Assembly (NCBI GenBank): GCA_946965045.2
Contig: OX337241.1
Span: 2,108,001-2,172,000 of the forward strand
Length of the DNA stretch: 64,000 bases
Source: Epithemia pelagica
Taxonomy: Eukaryota; Protista; Bacillariophyta
Reading direction: 5' to 3'
Shown piece by piece: positions 32,833 through 46,041 of this stretch (its first letter is position 1; every line of letters begins with the position of its first letter). The position numbers and the translations under genes are program-made. Below the pieces are notes generated by a model. The model did not search any database, was not told where the DNA came from, and saw only the letters and a list, made by a program, of their open reading frames with translations.

Positions 32833-35800
32833 TTATTCACGAAATGGAACAAGGCGACGAATGTTGATTCGTTCAGTGACGTGGGGACCACGTTGGATAG
32901 TCACAGTGCCATTGGAATGGACTTGTGTAATCCGAAAGGGATTAGGGCTTGTGCGGAGCTCAAGCTTGTCCGGATTCGTGGCGCGGAGCAACACACGATC
33001 GTTGACAGCGTAGTCATGAAAGACACGAGAACGATTTGCGAGACGAGCGCGTTCATCGACAATCTGTTGTCGTTTCAGACGGACTGTTTCCATGTCCGCG
33101 ATAATAGGGATGTCGAACAGCATGTCGCGATGGAACGCAAGGCTGCCGGGAGAATATTTCAAGGCGCCATGAATGGCAGTGCGAGTGGAATACGCAGCAG
33201 TCTGCAGAGCAGTATCCACGGCAAGTGCAGCATTTTGTGCATCTTGTGGTGGTTCATAGTTGGTGATCACACGAAGAGTGTTGCCAACAGTCAAATGTAG
33301 TCGCTCGCAAAGAGCATTTGATTGAGGATTCTTGGCCGTCAACGGCACTGGCTTAATGCCATGGTTTCGAAGCACTTGCGTGAACGCATGTCCAATAAAT
33401 TCACCGCCTTGATCAAAAAGGCAACGAACGGGACGTGGATAGCGTGAGAGCCACGCGTTTTCCAATTGCAGACCCACGTGACGTGCCGTCTTATCATGGA
33501 TGCGAATGAGTTCGCAGAAGTTAGTGACATTATCGATAATAGTCAAGGCTTGAAATGTTAATTTCTGCCCATGAACGGTAACGTTCCATGGTCCAATGAG
33601 GTCGACAGAGATGTCAGCCCATGGATTGCCTCGGACCTCGCGAGGAGGGAGTTCACCGTAATGGCGATGTATGACTTTAGAGCGTTGGCATGTAGCACAA
33701 CTAGCCACGGCTTGTTCACAATACAAACCCAAATTAGGATGACTCATGTGCATAGAGATCGTCTCGCGAAGACGTGTAGACCCCAAGTGATTGAGGGACA
33801 GGTGATACCAATTGACGGTATGGGCCAAGAGGCTGTCTGGGATACGAATACGCCATGCGGCATTAGGATTCTGACGATAACAAATCAAGTTGTATTGTGG
33901 GTTTTCCGTAGGGAAGGGTTGGAGATGGAATCTCTGTGGTTGTTCGGTCAACTTGGCCACAAGAGCGGCATCGTTCTGTTGGTGTTGATGGATCGTCGCG
34001 TAATCGACGGGCAATGGTTGATTTGCGTTGATGGGAGGATGATTGAGGTAGACATCGATCAAATCCTCATCCATGAAGATGGGAGATTCGAAAGCGTCAG
34101 GATCACGCGAGTGATGAGAGCGGGGGTCATCATTAGGGCCATGAGGCACTTGCAACACTGAGTGTTGTCCGCTATGATCATAGAGCGATCGTGGATGCGG
34201 CGAGGCATCCGTAGAGGAGGTCGACGACGGAGAGACACTCTTCTCCTCCTCTTCAGAGAGAGGGAGACGCGACAATGCGTCGGCGATGACATTGTCCTGG
34301 CCAGGGACATAGTGAAAAATAGGGTTATACTCCTCGAGGAACAACCGCCAACGGAGGACCCGTTGCGAGTTGAGAGTAGCGTAAGTAAGATTTTTATGGT
34401 CCGTATGGACGTGCAGTTCGGCACAGCCGAGAAGCATGGAGCGGAACTCCTTAAGAGTTTCGACAATGGAGAGTAATTCCTTTTCCATAGTAGTGTAGTT
34501 GCGTTGAGCAGGGTTTAACTTGCGAGAGTAATAAGCGACGGGAACGTCTTGTTGCATGATTACAGCACCAAGCTGGTAATCAGAGGCGTCCACATAGACA
34601 TGGAAGGGAAGGTTATGGTCGGGATACCGAAGGAAGGCATCATGTGCGAGCATGGACTTGGCTTTTTCGAAAGCACGTTGACATTGCGGGGACCAAACGA
34701 GGGTCTTGTTACCCGTAATGGATGTGAGGGGAGCAAGAATATGTGATCGTTGCGGATACATGTGGCGATAGAAATTGATCATGCCAATGAAGGAACGAAG
34801 TTCTTTCATGGTTTTTGGCGGAGCCAATGCCAAGATGGCAGAAATCTTCTTTTTCCAGGGTTTGATCCCAGTGGGCGTGAGCCAATGGCCGAGCCATTCC
34901 GTTTCTTTAACGGCCCATTCACATTTGGAAGGGTTGATGGAGAAGTTCTTGTCTTGAAGACGTTGGAGAACTTTGGACAAGATGTCCACGTGTTCTTCCC
35001 AAGAATTGGAGAAGATGCCAATGTCGTCAATATAGACTTCGACATGGTCGCTGAAGTCCTTGAGGACGTCTTCCATAATCTCTTGACAGAAGTCAGGAGA
35101 CTGTTTAACACCCATCGGTAAGCGACGGTAACGGAATTTGCCAAAAGGCGTAGTAATGACGCAAAGATTGCTGGATTCCTCATCGAGGCGGAATGTGTAA
35201 AAACACATGGAGATGTCTAACTTTGTAAAATACGTGTAGCCTTTCCGTTTACGGAGCATGTCCTCGATACGAGGAAAGGGGTAGACTTGACGGTAGAGTT
35301 GGGCGTTCAAAGAACGAAAGTCCGAAATCATTCGGATACGACCATCCTTTTTGGGAATGGCAAAGTGAGGAGCAGCCCATTCGGTAGAACCGACGCGCTC
35401 AAGGATACCAACGTCGACGAAGCGCCACAGCTCCTTCGTGAAAGTATCATGTATATTGCGGGGCACTGAAAAGTGACGATGATGGACAGGCTGGGCATCA
35501 GGCTTGAGATGAAGATGGAGCGTTCGGTCCGGATATTCACGGAGCTCGCCATCGAAGATCTTGCCACAGTCTTGCCAAATAGCAAGAAGATCTTGCTTTT
35601 GGGCATCGGTAAGATGATGTTGTTTGTCAATCAGATCTTGTAGATCCGTAGGAACGTAGTTCGAATCCAAGAGGAATTGATCACCAATAATGGGATCGTC
35701 GGCAAAGATGTCGATGAAATGAGACATGAATGTCTGGTCAGTGGCGAATGAATCGCGATGGCGCATAGCGACATCAACGGAGTCCCAAGTTGTGAGACCA

Positions 35801-35983
35801 GTGTGAAAGTTGAGCACAATGCCCAAACGACGCAAAAGATCGCGACCAATAATGATGTCATAACGACAAGTGGGGGCATCAAAGATATCGGCCCAAAGGG
35901 GGTATGAAATGTGTTTGGTCCGAGAAAACTCGGGGAGAACCAAATCTTCGAGAAGAATCTCGGAGACGTGGTCGCGTGTACCA
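32833..35983 (-). CDS. Gypsy pol, 5'-truncated (~1050 aa)
   Basis: Uninterrupted PR(part)-RT-RH-IN frame. Confidence 0.92.
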
Positions 35984-38581
35984 GTCAGTGGCAACGGGTT
36001 CATGCCGTCGTGGTAGGTTAAGGATAGGATTCCGGGCTTTAAAATGTTTCTTCAAGGTATCCTGGTCAAAGGAAATGTGTCCATGACGAGTTGTATGCTT
36101 GAACGTATCTGCGATTACATCTTCCGATTGCCACCCAAAGAAAGGGCGAAATTTCTTCCAGTCGTATTGTTCCTTGTAGAGCTTGTGGACAGACGCATGA
36201 AGTGTGGGGTCGTTGCCATCTTGATCAGCATAGATGGAAAAGAAGGAAGGTGTATCGGGGCCATGATCATATGGGAGATCAAGGAGGAGATTCAAAGTGC
36301 ATACAACGCGATCGGTATACTCCCCATATTGGTCATAGGGGTACGTTTCCATACTACCATCAGTCTCCACAGATGTCCAGTTTGGTGCAGGGTCTTGATG
36401 GGGGTCTGGATGGGTATGGTCAAGTACAGAAGGATCCCAGATATGGGGTGAAGTGAACACAATATGCGGATATTTATCCATATCGTCATCAGAAGGGATT
36501 CCCAGAGATTGAATGTATGCAAGGCCATCCTTGATTCGTAAGGGCAATGCGCGTCCATCAAGGGTAGTAATGCGTTGTTTGCCATCAACCTTGACGGATC
36601 GTTCGTCGACAGATAGGCCGAAATGTTCAAATTGTGCTGGGGCATGGATAGATAAACCCTTTCCATAGTGGGCATACTCATTGAAGATACCAATAATGGG
36701 TCCATCACTTGTATCAAACTTGGCAGCACAGGTAACAACTGGAAGGCCAGTCAATTCATGATTGTCAATACCTACGATGGTAATATGACGTCCGGTTTTG
36801 GCAAGGATACGCATGTCAGATCCTGCAAGGCCTCCATTGGCACCTCGATCGATGAGTTGATTACCAGAAAAGGTGGATTTGCGGGAGAATAGATATCGTG
36901 ACATATGAACCTTTTGCTTGTGATCAGCAGAAGACTTGAACTTGACTTTAGGACTTGACTTTGTCGTAGAAGTTGACAAGATGTTGCTGAGGTCAGATGC
37001 TGGATGATTGATATCTGTCGATGCAATAGCCTGGTGTACGAACTGGGTAACCGGATCAGAGGATGTATCGAATGGATCTTGTTCTGGTGCATCTTGATGG
37101 GTATCACCAATGTTGTTGGCATCAGGATCAGGGTCCGGTTCAGGATCAATGTCAAGAGAATGTGTTTGGACCTTGCGTGGAGTTGTCGGGGAATCTTGGA
37201 CGGATTTATTGAAGTCGATAATGATTTGCCGATCCTCTTCAGAGAGTTTAAACCATACATCTCTTGGAAGGCTGATTTTCGACGAAGTTGGGGACTTTTC
37301 GGATTGGATATTCGTGTTGTTGATCTGGTAGTCAGGGGGCTCCACTGGTTCAAAAGGTTCATCCAACTGAAATTCATGTTGCTTTACATGACGACGGCGG
37401 TTAGACGCAGAAGTTCGGGTAGCTTGGTCATGGTCAAAAGCAGCATCAAGAAGCAGGCGGAAATATGATTGATAACAGAGAGACTTGGCTCCAGATTTCG
37501 TGTTGACAACGTTATCCAAGATCTTGACTCGTCTTAAATCAGGTACCTTTTCAACAGCTTGCATAAGGAAGGTCATCCTTGTATGGTCATGGATACGATC
37601 CGACAGTGGTACAAGGTTATCCAGAAGTCGTAGCTGTTCTTGAAAATGTAGGAGAAACTGACGAGTTGTACCACGCCAAGAGTCATCCAGTCGAAGATTC
37701 GAAATGTAGCTTGTTAGGCGTAACACTTCTCGCTTAGCTAGATCAGATTCAGTGTGTAGGACATGGAGTTTCTTCAAGACGGCTCTTGCATCTTCATCAT
37801 GTTCATGTTCTCGAACATATGCTCTTCCTTGGTCGGTTTGGATAATACGTACAAGTACAGAATAGACAAAGACTTGTTGTTCTCGGAAAAGTAACTCTGC
37901 GCATTCGTCATCCTTGGGTACCTTGTAATCGAAATCAAGAACATTCGACAATCCTTGTGCTTTCGCAGTTGATTTGAATACACGCCAAAACGAATCAAAG
38001 TATCGTTCATCTTTGAATGATTCAAATGCTGTTGCATCTCTTTTGGTTCCTTTCTTGAAAGCAGAGAGATCTAACATGGATTGAGACGTTGTAGAGGATG
38101 TAGTGGGAGATCGGGATGATACGGAGTGTGCAGGTGATTTCAGAGGAGAAACTGGGTCTTGGTTCATACCAGACTTGGTAAAGTCGGTGTTGATCCTCCA
38201 ATCGTCATATTGGTCCCTCGTGAGGTTCATCCATGTAGCACGGGGTAGTTTTCCATGTTGGAATTGCCGTTGTTGTAGTAACCAATATGCCATTAGTTTG
38301 AGTTGTAATCTTGTACTTGTCTGTAGGTCGTTGACTTGCTTTCCAACCTTGTATTGCATGAGATCCTTGAGTGTCTCCTCAGGATCAGTTGCAACATGGT
38401 CGAGGACATGAAGGATATGTTCAAAACCATGATGTCGCATCCACTTTTGAAGTGATTGGGCTCGTTCATCATTACAACCAAAGATGCCTTTAGTTATATG
38501 GTCGAAGAGATCTTGGTCGGTTATATGACTTGACTTGTCCTCAGGAGGAGTAAACGGTGTCTTGGGAGGTGTCGCTTCCAT
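35984..38581 (-). CDS. Family B gag-pol, truncated at the start of the integrase core
   Basis: Aligns to family A gag-PR (FRKGTKRDAT / FKKGTKRDAT, IDRGANGG); beyond 35984 the sequence is gypsy. Confidence 0.92.
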
Positions 38582-38865
38582 GATGTTATTTGGTTGGTTC
38601 GATGTTTATTTAATGTGCGGTGTGATGTGGTTTATTTAATGTGTGATGTGATGTGAACCCGGATGTACCACGTGTGCCACGTATGTACCACGTATATGAT
38701 ACCCGGATGTGTGTTGTGATGTGCGACTCCTGGAAATTTCCGTTGATTCCGACAAATTTTCGTCGAGTTTCAACAAATTTTCGCCGAATTTTCGCGATTT
38801 GACGGGAATGTGTGGCGTGTTGTGCGACCAAGGGTACCCGGATGTGCGTTGAGTTTAAGTCTTGG
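38577..38865 (-). promoter_or_regulatory. Family B copy of the 289-bp pre-gag spacer
   Basis: Only about 4 differences from 13522-13810 by eye. Confidence 0.6.
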
Positions 38866-38915
38866 ACGGAACTCGGTCTTGTGTCTGGTTTGGTGTAGAA
38901 ACTACGTAAAGTTAC

Positions 38916-39671
38916 TTATTCTTGGTCACTTTCGGCTCGGTACTGAAGACGAGATGCGGAATCGGTCACTGTAGTGGCTAGTTCTTCAACGTCGTCGTCT
39001 TCCAACAAGTGGTTCACGTGTTGAGTGAAGAGAGGGTAGATAGTCGCACGGAAATCCTGGCAGAGATGGATCTCGTGAACAAAGGAGACGTACTCGTCGA
39101 GACGAGTAGTCGGGGTAGGTAGCGGATTCGTCGTCGAGTTGACGATCCAGATGGTGTGGAAGTAGTTGGTTGGACGTTCAAAGGAGATGAATCGAATACG
39201 GATGGGTTCCACAGGGTTGCCCAACAGGGCTTGGACAATGAAACGGCGTCTCGAGCACTGGTTCAAGAGGTCGAGAAGTCGTTGGATGTCCTCAAGGTCA
39301 GTCACGGGTTGGACGGACTGGAAATCGATCTCGCGTTCGGTTGTGGAACGGATCACGTCGGGGTCGGTAGTCGACTCAGTCGGCTCGCGGAAGTGTCGGA
39401 TATGCGCAGTAAGAAGACGGCTCGTACGTCGGGTGCGAGTAGGGTTCAAACGGCGAGGCGGAGTCGAAGGTTGAGTCGGGATCGAAGGAGGCTGGACCAC
39501 TTGGTCCGGGGTCTGGAAGGGATTCGGAGCACTGGCCTGAGTCGGGGTCGGTTTCGGAGTTTCAATCAAGGGCTCGCCCGGATGGGCCACGGGTGGATGG
39601 AGTTCCTCCCCGCTTTGTTGGAAGGAATGAAAGATGTGTCGAATAGAGAGGTTGGAATCGTCGTGAGACAT
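38916..39671 (-). CDS. Family B accessory ORF upstream of gag (~251 aa), intact
   Basis: Homologous to the family A ORF (PPRRLNPTRTRRTSRLL vs PPRRLVPSRSRRTTRLI; RFISFERPTNYFHTI vs RFLTFERPTGYYNTI). Confidence 0.85.
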   Translation of the reverse strand: MSHDDSNLSIRHIFHSFQQSGEELHPPVAHPGEPLIETPKPTPTQASAPNPFQTPDQVVQPPSIPTQPSTPPRRLNPTRTRRTSRLLTAHIRHFREPTESTTDPDVIRSTTEREIDFQSVQPVTDLEDIQRLLDLLNQCSRRRFIVQALLGNPVEPIRIRFISFERPTNYFHTIWIVNSTTNPLPTPTTRLDEYVSFVHEIHLCQDFRATIYPLFTQHVNHLLEDDDVEELATTVTDSASRLQYRAESDQE

Positions 39672-39695
39672 CGAAAGCTTCTCGGAAATAAACGA

Positions 39696-39709
39696 TGAGA
39701 CTGTTAATC
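39696..39709 (-). promoter_or_regulatory. Family B primer-binding site GATTAACAGTCTCA
   Basis: Same 14-mer as family A, abutting the LTR. Confidence 0.7.
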
Positions 39710-40467
39710 TGATAAACTTCTCTCGATTCAACAGGGGTTAGACAGATAGTTAGGATAGGTAAAAGGCTCGCTGAGCCGACAATCGAATCACCAACCGATA
39801 CAACAATCCTCCACGGGTCAGAGAAGAGTTGCAAGTCGAAGTCCGCCGTGGGTGGGGGCAGTCGGTCCACTGATAAGAGGTTAGTCTTAAGATGAGTGTT
39901 AAAATGGTGATATTAATGATTGTGAGACGATTACTAACTAAGGTGGTTGACGGTGCCGAAGTCCTGGCTCTTGCATACGGCCATGGATCTGGTGTGATAG
40001 GTCCTCACTGGTTGGAGTGGACCGGCATTGGTGTATATTGAATGTATAGGGTGATGGATAACATGTATGGGATGCAACAGCTCTTGCTTTGTCGTGGTAT
40101 AAGTCTTGTCCTGGGCGCGTTGCTGTTTGCATTCTTGGATTTGTGGGAACAGAGATATGGTCTCGCGTGATCGTGATTCGTGCTTTGATTACATAGACCG
40201 TTAGGTCGAATCGTGGATGCGCGTACTCGGATAGTAGAGGCGCGCACTTGATAGTTTTGGGCGCGCACGTGTTGGGCCATAGTTAATATCCGAGCGGTCG
40301 CCGATAACGCGTGCACTGCGAGCATGCCGTGGCCAAATTTATAGTTTCGCGAGCATGCCGACATTCTTTTCTCACTTTTAGGAAAATGTCATCGGATGCC
40401 ATAAAATACTAGCATCATTCGATGAGTTGTAGGTTTCGCCACCTAGTTTTCGGTGAGAATCCTAACA
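39710..40467 (-). repeat. Family B 5' LTR (758 bp)
   Basis: TG..CA; first 17 nt nearly identical to the family A LTR, remainder diverged. Confidence 0.88.
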
Positions 40468-41602
40468 GGTCGGTACCTGCTGGGGACGCGACAAAAGGGG
40501 ATGACATTTAAGCCAGACCAGAACGCAGGCTTGGAAGTATTCGTAGACGCCGATTTTGCGGGCAATTGGGACCAGAACGAACCGCACAACGATCGCGATA
40601 CGGCGCGCTCGCGTCACGGGTACATCATCCGATACAAAGGATGCCCAGTCGTGTGGAAATCACAACTACAGACAGAGATCGCCCTTAGCTCGACCGAGAG
40701 CGAATACACTGGATTGTCATATGCACTACGAGAAGCCATCCCACTCATGGAAATCCTGAAAGAAATGAAGGCGCAAGGAATCGACATCGCGGACACAAGG
40801 GCAAAGTTACATTGTAAAGTATTCGAGGACAATAGCGGAGCACTCGAGATGGCTCGAGTCCATAAGTTCCGCCCACGAACGAAACACCTCAACGTAAAGC
40901 TACATCACTTCCGGAGTTATGTGGAGCGAGGGGACATCACTATCCACGCGATCCCTACAACGGAGCAATTGAGCGATTACTTGACGAAACCCCTGTCCAG
41001 AGCGATGCTCGAACCATTGAGGACACAAGTCATGGGATGGACGACCACAATTGTGCGCGAGAGGGAGTGTTAAAATAATAGCATTCTCGCCTCGCGTGCT
41101 CAACGGTCACAACGTATACGCGACACAATTTTGGGGACGTTTACACGATCCCTAAAAGATCCAAACATTCTAGATCTAAACCATAATCTCTTTTGCCACC
41201 TGAGTCCAACTCATCTACTTGGGCCGTAGGAGAGTTTTCACATTTGAGGCAGTGGAAAGGATTGATAGCGACATTGTCGTAGAGCCTGACGAAGAAGAGG
41301 AGGGCTATTCTCACTGCTTGTTCTAGTTGTACTGCGCTTGGACCCCTCAGATCCAAGATGGGACTCAACTTGAGAAAGAAGACCCAGAAATCTGAGGATC
41401 AGAACCTGGGCCGCGACAACCACCAGTACGACCCAGGCGAAACTTTCCTTCCGTCTTCCTATTATCGAGCACCTCATTCTCTCTGTTGTTGTTTGGCTGA
41501 CAATGGACGAATACGGATATATTGGCCCTCCTCAATGTTGTTGTGAATCAAGAGAGAGGGTTAGGTGTCAAAACTGCTTTTTGTTCCGGATAATACCGTC
41601 TC
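40468..41602 (+). mobile_element. Third copia family: end of RT, RNase H, PPT and 3' LTR (from 41068; right end uncertain)
   Basis: FVDADFAG, IALSSTESEY, FEDN, RTKH, SDYLTKPL; PPT GAGAGGGAG then TGTTAAAA. Confidence 0.85.
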
Positions 41603-41983
41603 ATTCTCATCACGGCGATGAATGGACCATCATGCGCGTATCTTGTCTACCTTACATCTAAAATTATGTGGTCCAGTCGTACCCCCAGTCGGAGTCCCCC
41701 AAGCCCAAGCGTCGTGTGTGACACGATACAAACACGTGCAAGCGCCGGGCGTCTGTCTCATTGTCGCCACAAAAATCAGGTGGTGCGGATGCCTGCATGA
41801 ACGATGTGGTCTGAATGCAGATATACAAAGAGGACATAGGAGTTCCGTGTTCCTGTTCTCGATGCTAAACGTGACCACCTGCCTGTCTTCGATGACAGCT
41901 TCCTATCTTCACGTTTGGCAATCTCTAGTTTGGTTCAAGTAGGAGGCACACAAAGGCCGCAGCCCAGAGTCTATATACTCGTT

Positions 41984-44900
41984 CTACTTGTGATGTCGTC
42001 GCTTCTTGGATCCCGTCAATCCATTTTGTTTGCCCTTTTTCCGTTTCTTGTCAATCCGGTCCGTGGCTCGTTTGTCCGATTTCATGCGCTTGTCCACTAA
42101 TTGGACACCCTTGCCACCATTACTCTTGTTCCCGACGGTGGCGCCCCGACCTCCCTTTTTGGCCACGACATAGGTTTTTCCCGGCTTCGATTTGGATTCT
42201 TGTCCTCTCAAGGCCTTGCTAATGGCTTTGAGTTTCATGGCATCGCTCATATCATTGTTCTTGGCCACCGCCTCAGCCTTTTTCTTGGCCGTTTCCAATT
42301 TAGCCTTGGCGCGCTTGTGTTTGCGCGCTCGTGCTTCGGCCACCTTTTGAATCGGTTTGGTCGCCAGTGCCATCATTTGCTCCTTCATTTTGGCCATGAG
42401 TGCGGGAGGAATGGGCAATTGGGGACGATAGTGTTTCTTTTCATCGTCCACAAACCAATCCGGCAAATCTGATGGATCGTTCCAGGCAAACCGATTGTAC
42501 GAGGCATCCAGAAAGGACTTTTCCTTGCTTTTTCGAAGCAACATGGTACCAATGGCCAAGGTTTCCGCATAATCATCACTGTCGTAATCCTCATGTTCAC
42601 TGTCATATTTGCGATCGTCCCGGACCGGTAGTACTCCTCCCGTCGAGACATTTGTGCCGACCACCTCAAATGAAGAATTCTGCTTGTTGCTCTTCTTGTC
42701 GTCATTGGGACTTGCTTCGGTCAAGGCTTTTCCCATGCCAGCCTTTATTTGTTCTCGTGCTTCCAACACTTTTCGTCTCTTCGATTCGCTCATGTGTTTT
42801 AACTGTTCGTCATTGTCATTCAAATCTGCTTCGTCGTCGTCGCCTTGCTTTGCCCCGGGTGCCACTTCAAAGTCCTGTGCTTCTTCCCCCATTTTCTTGG
42901 CGCGACGGGCCTGTTTTCGTTCATCCAATGCCATTTGTTTTAATCGCTTGACATGGCGTTTCTGTTTGTCTGTCATGGGCATGAGTGCCATAACGTCATG
43001 GGCAGTCATTTGACCTGTCCCTGGCTTGTCGTCATCATTCTTTGCTTTTGATTTGACGGCTTGTTTCTTTGGCGAGTCCTCCTTCTCTTCCTCGTGTTGG
43101 GATGAGCTGTCGTCATCAATGTCGCCTTCATTGTCCGAGTCCTCGTCGTCCTCGTTCCCGTCATTATTCGATTCGGTCGTGGCCGCATGTGCTGCCTTTT
43201 GAATACTTTCAAACAGGGGATTGCTAAACCAACGAGCGGTTTTGGCTGAAGATGGTTCATCCAATTCAAACTTTTGGATCAAGGGATTGCTGGCAGAAGC
43301 TTCTTTTCGTTGTCGCTTCAGTTCAGCGTGGACCTCGGCCGTGACGGGTTCGGCATGAAAGCCGTCATCGTCACTTTCGTCGTCATCGTCGTCACTGTCA
43401 CCATCCTCTTTATCGTCCGAATCGTCGTCATCTTTAGGTCCTTGCAACAATTTGGCGTAGGCCATGGTGTCTTGCATGATTCCCGATTTGTTGGAGAGCA
43501 TCATTTCTTGGTCTTCAATCGCTTCTTCGATTACTTTTTGCCGTTGAATCTTTTTGGATCGTTTTTGCAGTTTGGTCCCACTCTTGGCGACGGCGTTCTT
43601 GGTACTCTGCAAATACATTTCGTAGGCTTCATCCAAATCTCGTTCCCGTCGTCGATGTCGTTCTCGCTCATCGTCGGGTACACCTTCTTCCTCCGCTTGG
43701 CCCACCACGACATCTTCATCCGAATCTCCAAACACTTGGTCGTCCGTCACCTTGTCCAGATTGACTTCTGCGGCGGCGGCCAAATCTCCCTTACTAGTAA
43801 TCGAGGTTAGGGAAAAGAGTTTGCCATTGTCCGGTATATCAATCGCATTCAAATCCATACCCAAGGCAGCCTGGCGTCTTCGTTTGGCCGCCTGGGCTCG
43901 TTCCTTCTTTTTCAATTTCTTTTTCTCTCGTAACCGGCGTTGTCGCATTTCGGAAATTTCATTCTGGATCTCTTCTTCTTCCGCGTCGGAATCCAATTCC
44001 TTGTCCGAATCGGGAGACGATGCTTCGTCGTCATCACCATCCTCGTCGTCATCCTCCTTTTCTTCCATTTCCTTGCGCGCCGCCCAGGCTTCTTGCATCT
44101 TGACTCTCCATTGCAGCAGGGCCCGAAAGTCGGCCTTGTTTAATACTTTAAGGTCGCTGACATTGGTTTGAATTTCCGATGTGGTGAGTGGATGATGCCG
44201 CAAAAAGTTGGAATGGGGACAGTTGGCATCAAACTCCATGCCCGTGGATTGACCCAAGATTTGCACCGCTTCCTTGAATCCAGCCTCGACAAAGTCCTTG
44301 ACCGATGTAATGTGTCGCATGGTTCCATCCAGAAATTCCATATCGTATCCACTCCGTTGTCGTTTGCGTTTGTCAAAATTCTTGTGAAAAATGGAAACTC
44401 CGGTGTGCGTCGCATCGGCATTGCCTCCACCCGTCGTATTGCCTTCCACGGCTTCAAAAATGTGTTTGGGATCCAACAAGCGGGCATCAATTTTGGCCGG
44501 AGCCTTGTACTGCCGGGCGACGAGAAAGATTTCGGCCGATTGTTGTCGACTGGCCTTGGGTTTAAAGACATCGACCTGATCAAACAATTGTTGCAAGAGC
44601 CAATGATACGAGGCATAATCACGCGAACGATAAATCTTGGTCACAAAGGTTCCACCCAATCTCAAGTGTTGCGTCGCACATTTCAGTGCATGCAAGGCAA
44701 TTTCGTTTTGTTCGTAGGCATCCTTTCCAAATTCGGCACCGACATTGGGAGCTCCATCGTGCAAGACCAAATCCACCAGCGATGCTTTGCCAGTACTACT
44801 ATTTCCTCGTTCTCGTTGTCCCTGCGCAATGGCTTGTCGAATTTCCGCCTTGCACTTGTCCGTTGTGATATCGCCAATCAAGGTGGTAATGTTGGGAAAT

Positions 44901-45276
44901 CCCTTGAAGGATCGAATGGGTAAAATGTCCACGGCCACAATGTGCGTCGATTTGGGACAGGTACGGGCCGCCACTTGCGTCCATCCACCGGGAGCAGCAC
45001 ACAAATCCAAGACGGCCGTTTCACTGGATTCCAAACATGGGAATTTGCGATTGATTTGAGTCAATTTAAAGGCGGCACGAGAACGCAACCCCTGTTCCTT
45101 GGCCACTGTAAAACACAAGAAAAGCAAACAGACGAAAGAGAAAGACGAACATGGGAAATGGGATGAATCAGTCAAACCAGAGACTTTGACGTAAACATGA
45201 TTTCTCTCTTTGATGACTTACAATGATAGTATTTGTCCTTATCATGGAACTTCTTGCGCTTGCCGTTGACAACCAT
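41984..45276 (-). CDS. SPB1: AdoMet-dependent rRNA 2'-O-methyltransferase Spb1/FTSJ3, 2 exons (45276-45222, 45105-41984), ~1058 aa
   Basis: DKYYHLAKEQGLRSRAAFKL after splicing intron 45106-45221; DLCAAPGGW, VLHDGAPNVG, FVTKIYRS, SAEIF; C-terminal LPDWFVDDE and KVAEARARK. Confidence 0.96.
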
Positions 45277-46041
45277 GGTCTAGCGCTGTTTTCTTTGCCC
45301 TCGACCCCTTGGAGGCAAAAAGTCGTCATGATGGGTGGTCGTCCAGTAGACCAACCCTTCGACCGACAGACCGGACGACCAGTGACGCAGAATACGTGAA
45401 TGAGCAGTCGGGTATTTGGGGGAATCATGGTTTGGTTCACGGATCGTCTCCCCGGAAAATCTTGCTCTCTGTTTCGCCACACGCCGGCCGAAGTTGGGTT
45501 CCTTGCAAGAATCAAAGCTGGCGGGCAAGGCCAACGAATACATACAAGTAGGCCAAGTATTCCTCAAATTTCTTGCCTCCCTGCAAAAAACATTCGACAA
45601 GACGTGATCCGAACCCACACCGCGCATGGGGAGCGTGTTCCCAATGGTGGTTTGCGTCCGGCCCACACAAATTCGTCCACCAAGCCAAAGTTTCGCGTTC
45701 TCGTAAATTTCTGAGAGATACACAATTGGCACATTAGTAGACGGCAAACAACTCGAGACGACGATAATAAGCCCAATGCGCCATATATATCATGAGGACA
45801 AAAATGGTGCTCGTTCGCATACGCATACCCTTCCCAAATTCGTTCATACCCAAAAATTCAGTTTTCGACCTCTCTTCTCAAGTCGGGACATGGCTATTGG
45901 CCTCTCTTCCTCGTCACCAACTCCATCATCTCACAAATCCAAACGAGGCAAAAAGTCAAACGGTTCAAAGCAGCAACAAGAAGAAGAAAAGACAGAAGAA
46001 CGACAACAAGAACCAACAAGAGATCATCAACTACCTCCACC

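Larger units (their letters stand above)
32572..35983 (-). mobile_element. Ty3/gypsy LTR retrotransposon, 3' half (partial PR, RT, RH, IN, PPT, 3' LTR)
   Basis: IIIGRDLL, YIDDI, DASD..EKELL..ADALSR, H..H..C..C, D..D..E, GPY/F-like tail; PPT AGGGAGAGGTAGAG then TG..CA at 32752-32572. Confidence 0.92.
35984..40467 (-). mobile_element. Ty1/copia family B, 5' half (LTR, PBS, accessory ORF, spacer, gag-PR-start of IN)
   Basis: LTR TGTTAGGATTCTCACCG..TTATCA at 40467-39710; gag-pol homologous to family A; stops abruptly at HEPVATD. Confidence 0.93.
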
